Source: Nemertoderma westbladi (lineage: Eukaryota; Animalia; Xenacoelomorpha). Taken from it: DNA of 64,000 nucleotides. Shown here one piece after another: positions 62,845-64,000 of the stretch. The translations under genes were made by a program, and so were the position numbers. The notes under the pieces are model-generated. The model was not told the DNA's origin, searched no databases, and saw only the letters and a program-made list of their open reading frames with translations. Numbering within the stretch: the stretch's first letter is position 1; each line of letters opens with the position of its first letter. The DNA is taken from NCBI GenBank assembly GCA_032718475.1, contig JAUCBJ010003340.1, positions 1-64,000 on the forward strand, written 5' to 3'.

Positions 62845-64000
62845 TAGATCGACTGACAAACGGACAGACATACAAACTTTACAAATGCTGCCAAATATCA
62901 AAACTGATACCGCAAATGCGATACGGTAAATGAAGTCAAAGTCCAAGAAAACAGACATTCTCAGGATTTTAGCCTTTGTAGGGTTTCATATTGTATTTTG
63001 ACAGACAGATCGACTGACAAACGGACAAACGTATACAAACTGAACAAATGCAGCTAAACATGAAAACTAATACCGTAAATGAAGTCAGAGTCCAAGAAAA
63101 CAGACATTCCCGGGATTTTAGCTTTGTATGGTGTCATATTGTATTTTGACAGACAGATTGACTGACAAACGGACAGACATACAAACTGTACAATGCTGCC
63201 AAACATGAAAACTGACACGGTAAATGAAGTCAGAGTCCAAGAAAACAGACATTCTCAGGATTTTAGAATTTGAAGGGTGTCATATTGTATTTTGACAGAC
63301 ACATCGACTGACAAACGGACAGACATACAAACTGTTAAATTGCTGCCAAACATGACAACTGAAACAGTAAATGAAGTCAGAGTCCAAGAAAACAGATATT
63401 CCCGGGATTTTAGCTTTGTATGGTGTTATATTGTATTTTGACAGACAGATTGACTGACAAACGGACAGTCATAATAAACTGTACAATGCTGCCAAACATG
63501 AAAACTGATACGGTAAATGAAGTCAGATTCCAAGAAAACAGACATTCTCAGGATTTTAGAATTTGAAGGGTGTCATATTGTATTTTGACAGACACATCGA
63601 CTGACAAATGGACAGACATACAAACTGTTCAATTGCTGCCAAACATGACAACTGAAACAGTAAATGAAGCCAGAGTCCAAGAAAACAGACATTCCCGGGA
63701 TTCTAGCTTTGTATGGTGTCATATTGTATTTTGACAGACAGATTGACTGACAAACGGACAGTCATAATAAACTGTACAATGCTGCCAAACATGAAAACTG
63801 ATAAGGTAAATGAAGTCAGAGTCCAAGAAAACAGACATTCTCAGGATTTTAGCATTTGTAGGGTGTCATATTGTATTTTGACAGACAGATCGACTGACAA
63901 ACGGACAGACATACCAACTGTACAAATGCTGCCAAACATGAAAACTGATACGGTAAATGAAGTCAGAGTGCAAGAAAACAGACATTCCCAGGATTTTAGC
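62845..64000. repeat. 147-bp satellite array, continuing past the window end
   Basis: Same monomer as 58860-61050. Confidence 0.95.

Overview
AT-rich, repeat-dense eukaryotic DNA, most likely an invertebrate animal (species not determinable). It is dominated by nested transposable elements: L2/CR1-group, RTE and CRE-like LINE fragments, Penelope fragments, SINEs, hAT-, piggyBac- and Kolobok-like MITEs, a pogo element with a C-terminal PHD finger, an intact DD41D Tc1/mariner element, and 62-bp and 147-bp satellites. Host genes read from the sequence are two paralogous 10-cysteine secreted or membrane-anchored proteins (4708-5853 and 22995-23663, minus strand), a three-exon two-EF-hand gene missed by the ORF track (35550-52769, plus strand), and a divergent intronless Ras-like GTPase nested in that gene's 12.8-kb intron. 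Two observations stand out. (1) One 10-Cys paralogue carries a 495-bp GC-AG intron that is itself a TIR element with an 8-bp target-site duplication, i.e. an apparent transposon-made intron, with the intronless paralogue nearby as a control. (2) Two unrelated short retroelement families share one architecture: a minimal type I hammerhead ribozyme placed between the A and B boxes of a tRNA-like Pol III promoter and enclosed by a long hairpin. All calls were made by eye; no searches or folding programs were run.
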